Source: Callorhinchus milii (lineage: Eukaryota). Taken from it: 64,000 nt of DNA. Under the pieces are notes generated by a model that worked only from the letters and a program-made list of their open reading frames with translations, made no database searches and had not been told where the DNA came from. This document shows positions 63,279 to 64,000 of the stretch, in pieces. How positions within the stretch are numbered: position 1 is the first letter of the stretch; each line of letters starts with the position of its first letter. The translations under genes were made by a program, and so were the position numbers. The DNA lies in contig NW_024704742.1 in the NCBI RefSeq assembly GCF_018977255.1, positions 15,502,001 through 15,566,000 of the forward strand, in the 5' to 3' direction.

Positions 63279-64000
63279 TGTCAATCGCTCAGCTGTCAAT
63301 CACAGGGATGTCAACAAAATTTCCTGATTTTCTGTACAGCCAATCTGCCATTGAATGGACCCCTTCCAAACATGGCCCTGGTGTCATTGTTAACCTACTA
63401 CAGCCAAGCAAGTACTATCAAGCATTTTGAGAAATCCTGGCGACATGAAAGGCGATATATGAACATAGCTTTGTGGTTCATGTTACAAACAAAAGTTTCC
63501 TTCCAGATCTGGCTAAGCTGATACAACTCTATGAACAATTGCATAAGTTTCTATGAAGCAATTGCTTAAGACATTGAACACGACAGAAATAGAACAGCTT
63601 TGCTGCATGGGGTCATCCTCCATATGCCGTAAAGTATCATGTTTATTTGTAGTGCAATCGGTAAAGGAAGTTAAAAAGGCAGCTGTAGCAGAGGAAACTT
63701 ATGGGGGTTATTTGAAATACAGCAAATGTGGGGGCATCCAACAGCACATCATGGGGGTGTTCAGCAATTTCCTGATTTCCTGTAATAATTCTTTATGATT
63801 AAGTTTTTTTAAAAAAAACTTATTTTATAAAACACCTAATTTTACACATCAAACCAATGCATCGGGAGAAACTCCTTTCCAAACACATCAACAATTTACA
63901 TTTACATAGTGCCTTTCACATCAAGAGGATGTCTCAAAGTGGTTTACACAAAGCTAGGCTAGCCACCTGGGGTGGGTAGGACGAGAGGCAGATGACCAAA

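Noticed and set aside
1..64000. CRISPR arrays, operons or other prokaryotic systems
   Set aside because: No regularly spaced repeat-spacer structure; the DNA is clearly intron-containing vertebrate sequence.

Overview
This is AT-rich, repeat-dense vertebrate genomic DNA; the mix of L2, CR1 and tRNA/DeuSINE-type SINEs suggests a cartilaginous fish (inference). The only host genes I can support are absent from the ORF track because they are spliced. They are three tandem, intact, 4-exon, ELR-negative CXC chemokine genes on the + strand (ATG at 12929, 22041, 30469), closest to CXCL13 by my recalled comparison, with CXCL8 not far behind. Each lies in an ~8-9 kb tandem duplication unit (array ~7572-33327). 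Copies 1 and 3 encode near-identical 99-aa proteins. Copy 2 has 7 substitutions in exon 2 and a shortened C-terminus (94 aa). The units are recombinant mosaics and differ at promoter kB and poly(A) motifs. The rest is mobile DNA: a young 3.1-kb L2 LINE with a nearly intact ORF2, other L2 and CR1 fragments, two related solo LTRs with 4-bp TSDs (both in CR1 3' tails), a decayed non-LTR RT of a different type, many SINEs and several older local duplications. Almost all listed ORFs are spurious or transposon-derived.
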